A stretch of 64,000 bases of DNA from Promethearchaeota archaeon (GTDB lineage: Archaea > Asgardarchaeota > Lokiarchaeia > Sigyniarchaeales > SOKP01). The translations under genes and the position numbers were made by a program. This document shows, in pieces, positions 20,863 through 31,605 of the stretch (within the stretch, counting starts at the first letter, position 1; each line of letters starts with the position of its first letter). Where the stretch lies: the NCBI GenBank assembly GCA_029838195.1, contig JALGVJ010000001.1, forward strand, positions 160,001 through 224,000. Reading direction: 5' to 3'. The notes under the pieces are model-generated. The model saw nothing but the letters and a program-made list of their open reading frames with translations, had not been told where the DNA came from and did not search any database.

Positions 20863-21456
20863 TTAGAGGGTTGATAAGAACTCTGTTACTGCTTCTGTTT
20901 CATCAGGATCAATATCTTCTTCTCCAAATCGCTGGTTTGTAAGGGTAAACTTAAAGGTACATTTTTCACCTCCTAATAACATGCACTCAATTTCTTCACT
21001 TTCAGCTTCAATTCCTAAGCTCGCCATTACACCATTTAATAAACCCTCATAGAGATAACATAAATTCTTCGCCATGACGTTTGTTTTTTCTTCTTCTACG
21101 AGGGAATTATAGACGCTAATTAAAATATGATCTTCCTTGAAGATCCCTCGTAAATATCCAAATCCTAATAATCCAAAACCTTCTAAAATTCCCAAAATGA
21201 CTTGTTTTTTAGTGGAAAGGTCCACGTCACTCCAATCTTTTTGATAAAAGAATTTTTCCATAAAATTTTTGCCAATATTTTTCCCTGTCCAGATGATAAT
21301 ATCCATGGCATTCGTTCCTGCGAACTCTAAAAATTCAATTAAATCAATGGGTCGTAGCATTAATAATCGTAAATCCTTGTGAGGGTCTCCTAAAAATAAT
21401 TGTCCTTTATCTTCATCAATTTTTATTTGTAGCTCTTTTTTCAGCTTTTTAAACAT
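20863..21456 (-). CDS. V4R domain protein
   Basis: G...G helix, LGFG, CYLYEGLLNG, EIECMLLGGEKCTF. Confidence 0.85.
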   Translation of the reverse strand: MFKKLKKELQIKIDEDKGQLFLGDPHKDLRLLMLRPIDLIEFLEFAGTNAMDIIIWTGKNIGKNFMEKFFYQKDWSDVDLSTKKQVILGILEGFGLLGFGYLRGIFKEDHILISVYNSLVEEEKTNVMAKNLCYLYEGLLNGVMASLGIEAESEEIECMLLGGEKCTFKFTLTNQRFGEEDIDPDETEAVTEFLSTL

Positions 21457-21624
21457 GGTTTGGGCCTATAAAAGGAATTTAATTTATTATAAATTATTAT
21501 AAGGACTCATTCTATATAAAGAAAGATTAAGTATTTATTTTTAATTTTTTATCGCGCTAAAATTATCATGAGGTTAAAAATTAGTCCCTTTTCATTCTTA
21601 TTAGCTATAATACAACTGAAATTA

Positions 21625-22647
21625 TTACGATTCATGTTGGTTTTTTCGAGCAAATTCGCGAACATAGCGAATGAACGTGTCAATGTTAAAATTTGTCTTG
21701 ACTGAGGTGAAAAGAAATTTCCATTCTCTATTTTCGATAGCATCAAATTCAAATGTTTCAAACAATCGTGTTTTCAATTGAGAAAGATGATGCTCATCTG
21801 GAGCGTCCTTGGACATGTTGTTAATTAAATCTACTTTATTAGCTAAAATAATTAAAGGGACTCCATATAATTCATATCGATTTAAAATTTTCCAGAACGC
21901 TTGTTTTGATTCCTCAAATCTATTAGGATTCGCAGCATCAATCATGAAGGTGATAATGTTCGAATCTTGTATTCCCAATAACCATTTTTTTCGAAAATTT
22001 TGTTGTCCAGGCATGTCCCATAGAGCCAATAGTCGATTATCATCTTGAACATATTCAATATTAAATTTTCTAGTGGGCGTAAAAAAATTATCATCATATT
22101 CCCCTGTCTTGATCCTTCTTACAAGAGATGTCTTTCCAGCAGCATCAATGCCGAATAAAAATAGTTTAATTGTATTTGTTTTAGTCATCAGCTCTATTTT
22201 TGGATATTTTTCAACGACCTCATCTCCATATCTCCTCAGATCAATAAATAAAGTGATTAAAAAGTTTTCGATATTTATTTCTTCTTCAAAAGGGCTAAAA
22301 CTTTCAGAATTTAAGTACTCATTTAATAATTCCAAAAAATATTCTCTATAATCAAAGGGATTATCATGCTGTTCAAAAATTAAACCAACATGAATTTTTT
22401 GATTAATGCTCATGGAAAAAATGTTGAGTCCCTTGAGGACTTGAGCTTTTGGTTCAGAAATAGTATATTTTAAATGATTATTGTTTTTTATTATTTGGAC
22501 ATTTGTTTCTAATCCTTGCCCGAGAAAAAAATTCTTAATAAGTTGTTTATCGTTGAGGAAAGGAAAGTTTTCTGGATAACTATAAATGTTTAGCTCATCT
22601 AGCTCATTGATGTCATTTCCTATAAAACAAAATATATACTGTATCAA
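21625..22647 (-). CDS. Arf-like small GTPase with N-terminal uDENN/longin-like domain
   Basis: GIDAAGKTS, PT, WDMPGQ..FRKKW, NKVD, TSVKT; N-terminal IYSYPENF...HVGLIFE. Confidence 0.8.
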   Translation of the reverse strand: MIQYIFCFIGNDINELDELNIYSYPENFPFLNDKQLIKNFFLGQGLETNVQIIKNNNHLKYTISEPKAQVLKGLNIFSMSINQKIHVGLIFEQHDNPFDYREYFLELLNEYLNSESFSPFEEEINIENFLITLFIDLRRYGDEVVEKYPKIELMTKTNTIKLFLFGIDAAGKTSLVRRIKTGEYDDNFFTPTRKFNIEYVQDDNRLLALWDMPGQQNFRKKWLLGIQDSNIITFMIDAANPNRFEESKQAFWKILNRYELYGVPLIILANKVDLINNMSKDAPDEHHLSQLKTRLFETFEFDAIENREWKFLFTSVKTNFNIDTFIRYVREFARKNQHES

Positions 22648-22743
22648 GTTTTTCGCAAAGCGTTTTATCCCTTATTAATGGAAAATAACTTGTACCTAAA
22701 AAAAGTTTTGAATGATACATGGAAAATTCGTGAAAAAAGAATT

Positions 22744-24030
22744 TTATGAACCAGATTTTCTTGGAGTATTACATATAGGACATTTATTCCATTCTGGGCG
22801 TAAAGCATAGCCACATTGTGGGCAAGGCTCTAAGCTTTCCTCTGGCTCCCATTCTGGAATGTTTAATTCGCTCATTTGTCTTTTTTTTGCCAATTCCTCT
22901 AAGGATTTTTCATCCCAAACCTCCATTCCTTCAGGAATGCCAGATCTTCGGCTTTTAGCTAATTCCTCCAATTCTTCTTCCGTCCATACCTCTAAACTTG
23001 ATGGAACAGGTCCCTCTGCCCTTTCGGCGTTTTTCACGAGCTCTTCTTCCTTCCACACGTCTAATTCGGGTTCTCCATGCCTGGATTCACCTTGTAAGCG
23101 CGAAGTAGCTTCACAACAAAGGGCAGAAAATTTTAATAACGCTTCAAAGCACCTTTCAAATTTGGTATTTTCAGTAGATTCATTAATTACAGCAATAAAT
23201 GTAGTTTTTCTAGAAGGTTGGGGAATAGCGAGTGCGTTTATCACGATATTCGATTTAGCTCGGCCCGATTCAAGATCCGTGGTAAGATTATTCATGACCT
23301 CCATTAAATCATCGTCTTCATGAAGATAATCGCAATATGGATCGCCATGACGCTGAAAATTTTCTTGATAATTAATTAAAAAATTTTTTATATCTTTCGA
23401 TTCAATTTTTTTTAAAAGTTGATCCAATGCATTAATTAACGTTGAGGTAGAAGTTTCCCCATTGAAAAAATTCGCTCCTTCTTTCCATGTGATACTTTCC
23501 ATTACCGGTGAAAATAAAGGTTCTACATTCTTGATTTTACCATGGATAATGGCCCGAGGTAGCAAACATTTAATTTCTCCGGTATAAATAATGAGGGTAT
23601 CATATAATTTAGGATTTTTCCCATCTATTTCTATTTGGGGAATATTATTAAAATGAACATTGATAAAAGGCATTTCTTTAACGGCTATGATTGCCCCACA
23701 AGTTTTATTAATTTTTTCTCTTAGCATTTTAAAATAAGATTTAACAAAATCTTTTAATTTACTTTTTTGATCTTTATATTCTTCTTTTTCTAACTCTTTA
23801 TCTACTTGTTCCCATAGAGATTTTATTAGATTCTCATTTCTTTTAATATTTCCACCGTACTTGATCACGTCTCCCACGGTATTCAGCTTTAAAATCTCAG
23901 TTGCTTGCTCGATTAAATTTTCTTGATATGGGTTTAATTTTTCAAAATCTAAAAATTCTTGAATATCTATCTCTAAGAAATCTATTATTTTTTGATAAAA
24001 ATCGAGTTCAGACAAATATAACCACCGCAA
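22744..24030 (-). CDS. Hypothetical protein with acidic Trp repeats and C-terminal zinc ribbon
   Basis: VWKEEEL / VWTEEELEELAK / VWDEKSLEELAK; CPQCG..WNKCPIC; start uncertain. Confidence 0.7.
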   Translation of the reverse strand: MRWLYLSELDFYQKIIDFLEIDIQEFLDFEKLNPYQENLIEQATEILKLNTVGDVIKYGGNIKRNENLIKSLWEQVDKELEKEEYKDQKSKLKDFVKSYFKMLREKINKTCGAIIAVKEMPFINVHFNNIPQIEIDGKNPKLYDTLIIYTGEIKCLLPRAIIHGKIKNVEPLFSPVMESITWKEGANFFNGETSTSTLINALDQLLKKIESKDIKNFLINYQENFQRHGDPYCDYLHEDDDLMEVMNNLTTDLESGRAKSNIVINALAIPQPSRKTTFIAVINESTENTKFERCFEALLKFSALCCEATSRLQGESRHGEPELDVWKEEELVKNAERAEGPVPSSLEVWTEEELEELAKSRRSGIPEGMEVWDEKSLEELAKKRQMSELNIPEWEPEESLEPCPQCGYALRPEWNKCPICNTPRKSGS

Positions 24031-24272
24031 GCCATGAGCTTGAAGTTTTTTATCATTATAATATGATTAATGATAAGGCTATAAAAATTTAATGTTGTAT
24101 CGCTGAATTTAAAAACGATCCCAAAAATTAAATCCTTCTGACTTTTATTATCATTCTTACCGAAAACCTAGAATTAATATTAATAAAATATAATATAATT
24201 TGTGATACGGTTTTTTTAAATAACATGAAAACATTTATAGATGGTTTTTATTAAATATAAAAGGAGAGGTCC

Positions 24273-25418
24273 ATGATTCATCATAATACTGAAAAAGATG
24301 AAAAAGAAATAGAAGCCATAAAATTAATTGATAAAGCAGAAGAATTAGTGGCTAAAGGAAAAGGCGAAGAAGCCATTAACATGTATGAAAAAGCCGCTCA
24401 AATATATCTCAATTTAGGAAGTTATATCAAGTTAGACCAGTTATTCATCAGAATCATCGATATCATTTCCCAATTCAAGAATAAAATTCAAGCGATTTAT
24501 CGATTAAAATCCATGATTAGAAAAACGGAAAAATTGAATTTAAAAGAAATTTCTGCCCGATTGCTAATACAACTTGGGAATATCTCCTTTAACATGAAAG
24601 ATTGGGAAAGTGCGGGTGAAAGCTGGAGAAAAGCTTCAGAATATCTCCAAGAAGAAGATCTAGAAGAATACCGCGACCTGTCTTCCTTATTGCTTCTAAA
24701 GGCGGGACAAGTCCTTGAACGCTCATCTATTAAAAGAGATCTAGGAAAACGCCTTATATTAAAAGGTGTCATGAGAAAAACTAAATTTGATGAACATTAT
24801 GAAATGAAGGAAAATAGAGCCTTAACACTCTTGGAAATGAAAGAATTTGAAGCAGCCGGAAAAAAATTCTTGGAGATTGCTAAAAATTTTGAAAAATCGC
24901 TCAGGAATATTGATGATCTCATTGATGAGGAATATAAAGACACTATTTTGACTACAAAAGCAAGGTTCATCCATTTCATAGCAGAATATCAAACTGTTGC
25001 CGCTCTTTGTTTGAGAGCTGCCAAGGATAGCAAATATAACGACCAAATTAAAAGCCTTGGAAAAAGCTCAATTGAATTGTTTAAGAAATCCATTAGCTTA
25101 TTAAAAGAATATCTTCTAAATGTAAAAAATGAACATGATTTTGATAAGGAACTCATTCTCAGGATAACCTTCGACACCATGCTAATTGAAATCATTCAAG
25201 AAATGTTAGGAAATCAGATAATAAAACCCTTAGAATATCTTCTTGAAAAATCTGAAGACCATGAAATTTTAATTCGAAAACTGAAAGAATCTCCATATTA
25301 TAAGATATCTGAGCGAATAGAAAACGTAGGAATCCAAGATACTTTAGATAAATTGCTTGAAACTAATCTTGGACACTTCGAGAAGATAAAAAATACCTTA
25401 ATTTCATATTTCATGTAA
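24273..25418 (+). CDS. TPR/alpha-SNAP-like helical repeat protein
   Basis: EEAINMYEKAAQIY, KDWESAGESWRKASEYL, EFEAAGKKFLEIA. Confidence 0.65.
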   Translation: MIHHNTEKDEKEIEAIKLIDKAEELVAKGKGEEAINMYEKAAQIYLNLGSYIKLDQLFIRIIDIISQFKNKIQAIYRLKSMIRKTEKLNLKEISARLLIQLGNISFNMKDWESAGESWRKASEYLQEEDLEEYRDLSSLLLLKAGQVLERSSIKRDLGKRLILKGVMRKTKFDEHYEMKENRALTLLEMKEFEAAGKKFLEIAKNFEKSLRNIDDLIDEEYKDTILTTKARFIHFIAEYQTVAALCLRAAKDSKYNDQIKSLGKSSIELFKKSISLLKEYLLNVKNEHDFDKELILRITFDTMLIEIIQEMLGNQIIKPLEYLLEKSEDHEILIRKLKESPYYKISERIENVGIQDTLDKLLETNLGHFEKIKNTLISYFM

Positions 25419-25539
25419 CCTTACTATGATTATATTTCTTTTAAACAGCATTTAGAAACAAGGTTTTCTTTAAAACGTCTTTTTAACTAAAAATTTATAC
25501 CCAACCAAAAATTTAAAATAATTTTCTCAAACTGTTAAT

Positions 25540-25899
25540 TTAAAACTTGAAAATCAGGCGTTTAAATTTAAGAACACTAATCTTTCTCACGCCATGATTT
25601 CCACTGCTATAATCACACGTTATAAGTCCTGCTCTTTCAAGCATTTTAATCTGTGCCGAGATATTCGCTTCTGTCATGTTTAGCGCCGAAGCGATGTTTG
25701 ACACGTCCGATGGTTGATGTTGAATCATGGATAATATTTGTCGCCTGGTTTTACTGGATAAAGCCTTGATAGTTAATTCAATTTCCTCGTCTGAGGTAAC
25801 AATTTGGGATTCATTTTCGTTCTCTAATTTTAACATTAGTGTTGACTTAGGTAAACTTTCACTTTCTAATTCTAAAATATTGCTATCTGAAATTTGCAT
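25540..25899 (-). CDS. ArsR-family HTH regulator
   Basis: KALSSKTRRQIL...VSNIASALNMTEANISAQIKMLERAGLI...GVRK. Confidence 0.9.
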   Translation of the reverse strand: MQISDSNILELESESLPKSTLMLKLENENESQIVTSDEEIELTIKALSSKTRRQILSMIQHQPSDVSNIASALNMTEANISAQIKMLERAGLITCDYSSGNHGVRKISVLKFKRLIFKF

Positions 25900-26546
25900 T
25901 ATTATTTTATTAGTGGTTTATTAATTTTAAATCGATTTTGACAAGGAAAATAAATAAATTCAAGCTTTAAAATGTTGCTTAAAAATTTTACATGATGATA
26001 TTGTAAGTAAAATATTGAAATGATTACAATGGATACAATACTTACAAATGATATCAAAAAATTACCTTTTAAACAAACAATTATTAATTAAGTTCAGATC
26101 TTAAATATTAAAATAGATCTTTATTTAATTAATTTAAATTATAGGAAACGCAATTTAGCTATGAAGATTGATGAGAGCTTGTGGAAAGTACAATTTATCT
26201 CTTTCCGAATTGGTCTATATTCTTGAAATTCGATTTTCTACAGCTAATTTCACATTTAATGAAAGTTCAAGTATTTTTTGAAATTTCGTTAGTATTTCGA
26301 ATGTTTTCTTGTCATGACTATAAATTAATTTTTTTGGGAAAATTGCTTTAAAGACATTTACCCAATTTATCCTAAAAGCAATAAATTTTACCAATTGGCC
26401 AAAAACATTCACAATTTTATAGAAATAAAAAATTTTTTAAGATTTTCTCTATTTTTTCGAATACTTTTAAATACAATGCTTACTTTTCCTACAAGATAAA
26501 CAAAAAATTACATTTTCTATAATTATAAAACACAAAAATTTTTCTC

Positions 26547-27188
26547 ATGTCAACAAGAAAGAAAAAAGGCTCCGCAATAATCCGAAAGGAAAGAGGAAAA
26601 AATGATACTGTTCTGACCATACGTATAGATAAAGAATTAAACGATATAATTCAACAACTTGGAGTAAAAAAGAGATTATCCAAATCAATTGTACTTAGAA
26701 ATTATTTAGAACTAGTACGCTATTTCCATGTCGATCATGACTCATTACGCTCATTAAACGAGAATGAGCTAATTATCACGAAAAGAAATTTTTTGTTCAA
26801 TCTTTTGGAAGAATTAGATGAGTTAAAACAAATTGAATATGGTTCACGCTTGGCCCGGTATATTAATGATATAGCCAGAATTCAGGGAAAAGATGATGAT
26901 ATCGGCTACAAGTTAGATTTATGCGAAAAACATGGTTTTTTTCCTAAATTTATTGATAAAAGAAATTATATTCTTATTTCAAAAAAATTTGGCCCAAAGA
27001 AATTCGTGGAAGCATTTTCTTGGATCTTACTAACTAAGGGTGAAGAAGGAGATTTTGATACTGCATTCATAGAGAGTGAAATATCGAAAAGTAGCAAAAT
27101 AAAGCGAAGTTATTTCGAAAAGATTAATCCGATTGAAAGAGATGCTTCCTATTATGCTTTTGAATTTGCTAAATATACTGAGAAATAA
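26547..27188 (+). CDS. RHH DNA-binding protein with uncharacterised C-terminal domain
   Basis: VLTIRIDKELNDIIQQL....LSKSIVLRNYL. Confidence 0.65.
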   Translation: MSTRKKKGSAIIRKERGKNDTVLTIRIDKELNDIIQQLGVKKRLSKSIVLRNYLELVRYFHVDHDSLRSLNENELIITKRNFLFNLLEELDELKQIEYGSRLARYINDIARIQGKDDDIGYKLDLCEKHGFFPKFIDKRNYILISKKFGPKKFVEAFSWILLTKGEEGDFDTAFIESEISKSSKIKRSYFEKINPIERDASYYAFEFAKYTEK

Positions 27189-27231
27189 AAAAATATGAGA
27201 TCCATGAAAAAATTTCATCAAGGAAGAAATT

Positions 27232-28959
27232 TCAGTTTTTATCCAAGATTTCCTTCAATCCAAGAATTGGAACGATTGACTTGTTTGGGCGATAAAGAAT
27301 TTCATAATTTATTTCATGGAGTACTCTCTCAATTGAAAAGTAATTTAGAAGGACAAGAGAGCAAGAATAGGTGTTTAAAATTTCTTTCATCACTTTTCCT
27401 TCCCAATAATTTAAAACGTATAAAAGAGAATCAAGGAATTTACTTGAAGGCTTAGCAGCTTTTCTGAAGAACATTCTGTATAGAATCTCTTCTGGAACTT
27501 CATATTTTCCCTTAGAAATCACTTGTTTTTCAATATAAAGTAAGAGAGTATTAAATTTTATATAGGAAAGTGCTCTAAAAATTGAGGCTAAATCTTTTTC
27601 TATCGGGAATTTTTCCTTTTTTTCTTCAATGGTTAGTTGAGGATCTCCTTCAAAATCGATGAAATAGAATTCATGAGCACCCTTTTTCTTTTTATAAAGG
27701 ATTTGTTCCATGTGAAGATCTTGATGAATTTTTTGTACATATACGGTTTTAGAATCGTAATCATGCTGAAAACGTTCAATTAAATCTTGAGTATCAATAA
27801 GTAATGAAATAATTTTTGGTAGATTATAGTAGGAACTTTTAGATTTTTTTTCCATGGTTTCGTGTAAATGAGCTATTATGGTATTTAGCTTTCTTGAATA
27901 AACGTCAAAAAAAGAATTACTCGCAACATGATATTCTTGTTCGTCATTAATATTAGGATCTTTCAGAGCTTCATGTAATTGCCTGATGTATGTGCCTATT
28001 TCTTTGGATACTTGAATTGTTTCCATGCAATATTGGTTTATTAATGCTGAGCAATCATCATCATTTTTCAAATAAGAATATTCTTCATTTACATTCTTAA
28101 AAACGTCATAAATTAAGGAATTTAATTCATTCCAATAGATTTCACCAATATTTCCATCGTTTTCTACCTTTTCAAGAATTCCTATCGAATCCTTATTTTG
28201 CACTCTTAATTTTCCATATATTTTCGGAGCATACGGAAATTTATTTCTTACCAAGAGAAAAAGAGTTGAAGTTTCCACGTTTTCGGTATATTCTTTATAA
28301 GATTTCAAGATAAATGATGAAAGATTATTTTCTTTTTTCTTTTTATTAATTACATCCAATTGGAATACCAAATTCGTGGTGTTTCCTTTACCTAATTGCG
28401 ATAATGATAAAGAATATCTATTCGGATATAGGCTAGCTTCAATGAGGTCTTGTACTTTCCTCATGTTCACGGGATCTTCGAATTGTTCCAAGTAAAGACT
28501 TAACTCTAAATCGTAATCAGGAAATCGCTCTGAAATATCTTTATCAAATAATATCTTTTTCCAAAAATATAAACAGAATTCGGCTTCTACTAAATTTAAC
28601 GTGATGATTTCTCGTTTGTTTTCAATAGTAATGATAATTTTTTTGCTAAACGTGTTGCTGGTAAGTTTAATAATGTTTTCCGTGGATTGCTCCTCAGGAT
28701 CCAAAATCTCTTGTACATTTTTCTCATAAGAAATGAGAGGAAGAAAATACGATTTTGAATATCCTGGTCCATAGATCTCTATATTAGAAATAATAAGAAT
28801 CTCTTCTAAAAATTGAAAATATTGAATTTTTACTTCAAAATTGAGAGTAGAGAGAAGGGATTTGTCTCCAAACCATCTTTTAGAAAGGAGCCATCCTTTA
28901 AATTCATTAGAATTAAAAACTTCCTGCATTAAATTTTGATCAATATAAGAGCTATACAT
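27232..28959 (-). CDS. Maltokinase (Mak/Pep2-like, APH kinase fold)
   Basis: WLLSKRWFGDK N-cap, TTN, IHQDLHMEQIL, FIDFEGDP, KDLASIFRALSY, HEINYE. Confidence 0.85.
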   Translation of the reverse strand: MYSSYIDQNLMQEVFNSNEFKGWLLSKRWFGDKSLLSTLNFEVKIQYFQFLEEILIISNIEIYGPGYSKSYFLPLISYEKNVQEILDPEEQSTENIIKLTSNTFSKKIIITIENKREIITLNLVEAEFCLYFWKKILFDKDISERFPDYDLELSLYLEQFEDPVNMRKVQDLIEASLYPNRYSLSLSQLGKGNTTNLVFQLDVINKKKKENNLSSFILKSYKEYTENVETSTLFLLVRNKFPYAPKIYGKLRVQNKDSIGILEKVENDGNIGEIYWNELNSLIYDVFKNVNEEYSYLKNDDDCSALINQYCMETIQVSKEIGTYIRQLHEALKDPNINDEQEYHVASNSFFDVYSRKLNTIIAHLHETMEKKSKSSYYNLPKIISLLIDTQDLIERFQHDYDSKTVYVQKIHQDLHMEQILYKKKKGAHEFYFIDFEGDPQLTIEEKKEKFPIEKDLASIFRALSYIKFNTLLLYIEKQVISKGKYEVPEEILYRMFFRKAAKPSSKFLDSLLYVLNYWEGKVMKEILNTYSCSLVLLNYFSIERVLHEINYEILYRPNKSIVPILGLKEILDKN

Positions 28960-29421
28960 CGCTGATTACATTTTTCTAGTTTTTATAAATAAATAGTAAT
29001 CTCATTCTTTAATAAACTTCATCAAAAATTAAATTTATAGCCTAAGTAGAAAGTCAGTAAATCATTAAATCTAATAATACCTCAATAAAGAATCGGATCA
29101 AAATCCTTAACAAACATTTTTAATTTAATGGAGAAATTGATATATTAATCGTTCGATTATCGCCCATGTTATAAATATTTAAAATTAGTAGGAAAGCTAA
29201 GAATGCATTTAACGATTGAATGCCGTTCTTTTTCGATTTCTATTTTTATTAAAAAAAAGGAAATTAATGATTAAATCGAATGAATTATTTAAATCCTCAA
29301 TCCTTTTTCTATCTAAAAATTGCGGTCGGTACACGATTTTTTATCCCAAAATTTTTTCATGGAGGAATCTCTTTATTATTTTACCTAACAAAAAACCAAT
29401 TCACCTTAAGAGAATAGAAAA

Positions 29422-31605
29422 ATGAATGATGAAAAATCGCTCTATTTTGGAATAACTTTTCATTTTCATCAACCCGTTGACAATTATAATAGCGTAATCG
29501 AAGATTGTTATCAAAAAGCGTATTTACCTCTCATCAATTCCATGTTGGACCATCCCCAATTAAAATTTACTTTGCATTTTTCTGGAAATATATTGCAGTG
29601 GTTTTTAGATAATAAACCAGAAATCATTGAAAAAATTCGGTTAATGGCAAGGAGAAATCAAATTGAAATAATCGGCGGAGGTTTTTATGAACCAATATAC
29701 GCAATAATTCCCGATAGAGATAATATCGTGCAGATCAAAAAATTATCGGAATTAATTGAAAGGGTTTTTCATTTAGAAGTAAATGGAGCATGGTTGTCAG
29801 AACGAGTCTGGGAACCTCATTATCCCACTTTTTTGAGGAAAGTTGGATTAAAATATGTTATTGTTGATGATAACCATCTTCGTTCTTGTGGCATGCTCGA
29901 GGAGGATACACTCTATACCTATAATACGGAAGATCAAGGGCAAACCATTCGCATTTTTCCTATTAATGAAAAAATTCGATATTTAACTCCTTGGAAACCA
30001 ACACCTTATACTATAAAATATTTGAAAGATTTAGCTAATAAAAATGGAGACCGCCTGGTCCTCATGATCTCTGATGCTGAAAAAATGGGCGTTTGGGGTA
30101 CCACCCATGAAATTTGTTATATTCAAGGAAAGGGGCATCAAGAAGGAGATAAAGGAAAACCCTTCATTCCGACACTATTTTCTAATCTCATCAAGAATTC
30201 TTGGATAAAATCCATAACGTTAACAGAATATATGAAAATCCAGCCCCCTAAAAGCTTAATCTATTTGCCTACTGCAAGTTATGATAAAATGGAAGAATGG
30301 GCTCTTCCCACGCCTATGCGAAAAAAATTTGAAAAAATGAAAAAAAAATTAGAAAATGATGAAAATAATAAAGAATGCTTGCAATTTTTAAAAGGAGGTT
30401 TCTGGCGTTATTTCTTGGTAAAATATCCCGAATCTAATAACATGCATAAAAAAATGCTTCACGTGAGAGAAAAAATCCTTCAAGTAGAACAGGCATTAAA
30501 TAAGATTAACGATAAATTAAAAGTAAAAAATATTAAAATGAAAGTATCTCAGGCTTGGGAAGAAATCTACAAGGCTCAATGTAATGATGCTTATTGGCAC
30601 GGTCTTTTCGGAGGTATATACTTGCAATTTTTGCGATTTGCGATTTATGCTCATTTAATTAATGCAGATAAAATCATCGATGAAATTACTCAACAACTTT
30701 ATTCGGGTCAAAAAAATTATATCTCAATTCTTCCGGCAGATTTCACTAAAGACGGCAAGATGGAACTCCTTATCGAGTCTAATGTAATTAATGCGTATTT
30801 TAATTTGGATGATGGAGGAACGATTTTTGAATTAGATTATAAACCTAAATCTTATAATCTTCTCAATACTTTGACTCGATGGATTGAAGCATACCATGAC
30901 GAGGAGAAAATTCAAACAAAAGAGATCTTCATTGATGATTATCGACAGAGTATGTTACGCATCCGATTCTTTGAAAATACTACTACGATTTATGATTTAG
31001 AATCGAATAAATACAAAGAATTAGGCGATTTTATTGATGGAGCATTTCAAGTATTAAAGAGTCAAAAAGAAAATAAAACGGCCATTATTGAATTAGAAAA
31101 GAAAGGAACGATAAATCTTCTTACCCATGGGATTAAAATTCCTTGCATTCTTACAAAAAAAATTTTAATTGAAGAAAATCAAATACTCATTTCCATTCAT
31201 GGAACTCTCGAAAACCTTTTTGAAAAAGATCAGGAATTTATAAAAGCCCTTAAACTTATTAATATTGGGATAGATCTCCCCTTTTTCTTTAATGGAGATC
31301 CTTCAAAATTTAATTGGGAATGTTCGAATCTTAAAGTCTTACCAAATCAAGATGAATTCAAGGAGCTATTAAAAACATGTGAATTCCATGGCTCAGATTT
31401 TACAGCTAAAGATGAGAGCTATGATTTAAAATTCTCCATCATGGTAGCTTCTAATACTGAAAATGTAAAAATTGGGAAATATCCTATAATTACCCGTACT
31501 TATACGGAAGAAGGATATAAAGATCTCTATCAAGGTGTAAGCGTTATCCCAATATTCAACATTAACGGGGATTTTGAAATCAACCTCAAATTAACCATCA
31601 TATAA
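29422..31605 (+). CDS. GH57 alpha-amylase/4-alpha-glucanotransferase
   Basis: HFHQP, GGGFYEPI, WLSERVWEP, SDAEKMG, SYDKMEEW, KYPESN.MHKKM, QCNDAYWHGLFGGIY. Confidence 0.95.
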   Translation: MNDEKSLYFGITFHFHQPVDNYNSVIEDCYQKAYLPLINSMLDHPQLKFTLHFSGNILQWFLDNKPEIIEKIRLMARRNQIEIIGGGFYEPIYAIIPDRDNIVQIKKLSELIERVFHLEVNGAWLSERVWEPHYPTFLRKVGLKYVIVDDNHLRSCGMLEEDTLYTYNTEDQGQTIRIFPINEKIRYLTPWKPTPYTIKYLKDLANKNGDRLVLMISDAEKMGVWGTTHEICYIQGKGHQEGDKGKPFIPTLFSNLIKNSWIKSITLTEYMKIQPPKSLIYLPTASYDKMEEWALPTPMRKKFEKMKKKLENDENNKECLQFLKGGFWRYFLVKYPESNNMHKKMLHVREKILQVEQALNKINDKLKVKNIKMKVSQAWEEIYKAQCNDAYWHGLFGGIYLQFLRFAIYAHLINADKIIDEITQQLYSGQKNYISILPADFTKDGKMELLIESNVINAYFNLDDGGTIFELDYKPKSYNLLNTLTRWIEAYHDEEKIQTKEIFIDDYRQSMLRIRFFENTTTIYDLESNKYKELGDFIDGAFQVLKSQKENKTAIIELEKKGTINLLTHGIKIPCILTKKILIEENQILISIHGTLENLFEKDQEFIKALKLINIGIDLPFFFNGDPSKFNWECSNLKVLPNQDEFKELLKTCEFHGSDFTAKDESYDLKFSIMVASNTENVKIGKYPIITRTYTEEGYKDLYQGVSVIPIFNINGDFEINLKLTII

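Noticed and set aside
25900-26546. ncRNA or small gene in long intergenic gaps (also 20347-20862, 31606-32047, 61551-61864)
   Set aside because: Very AT-rich, no stable structure or recognisable coding motif seen
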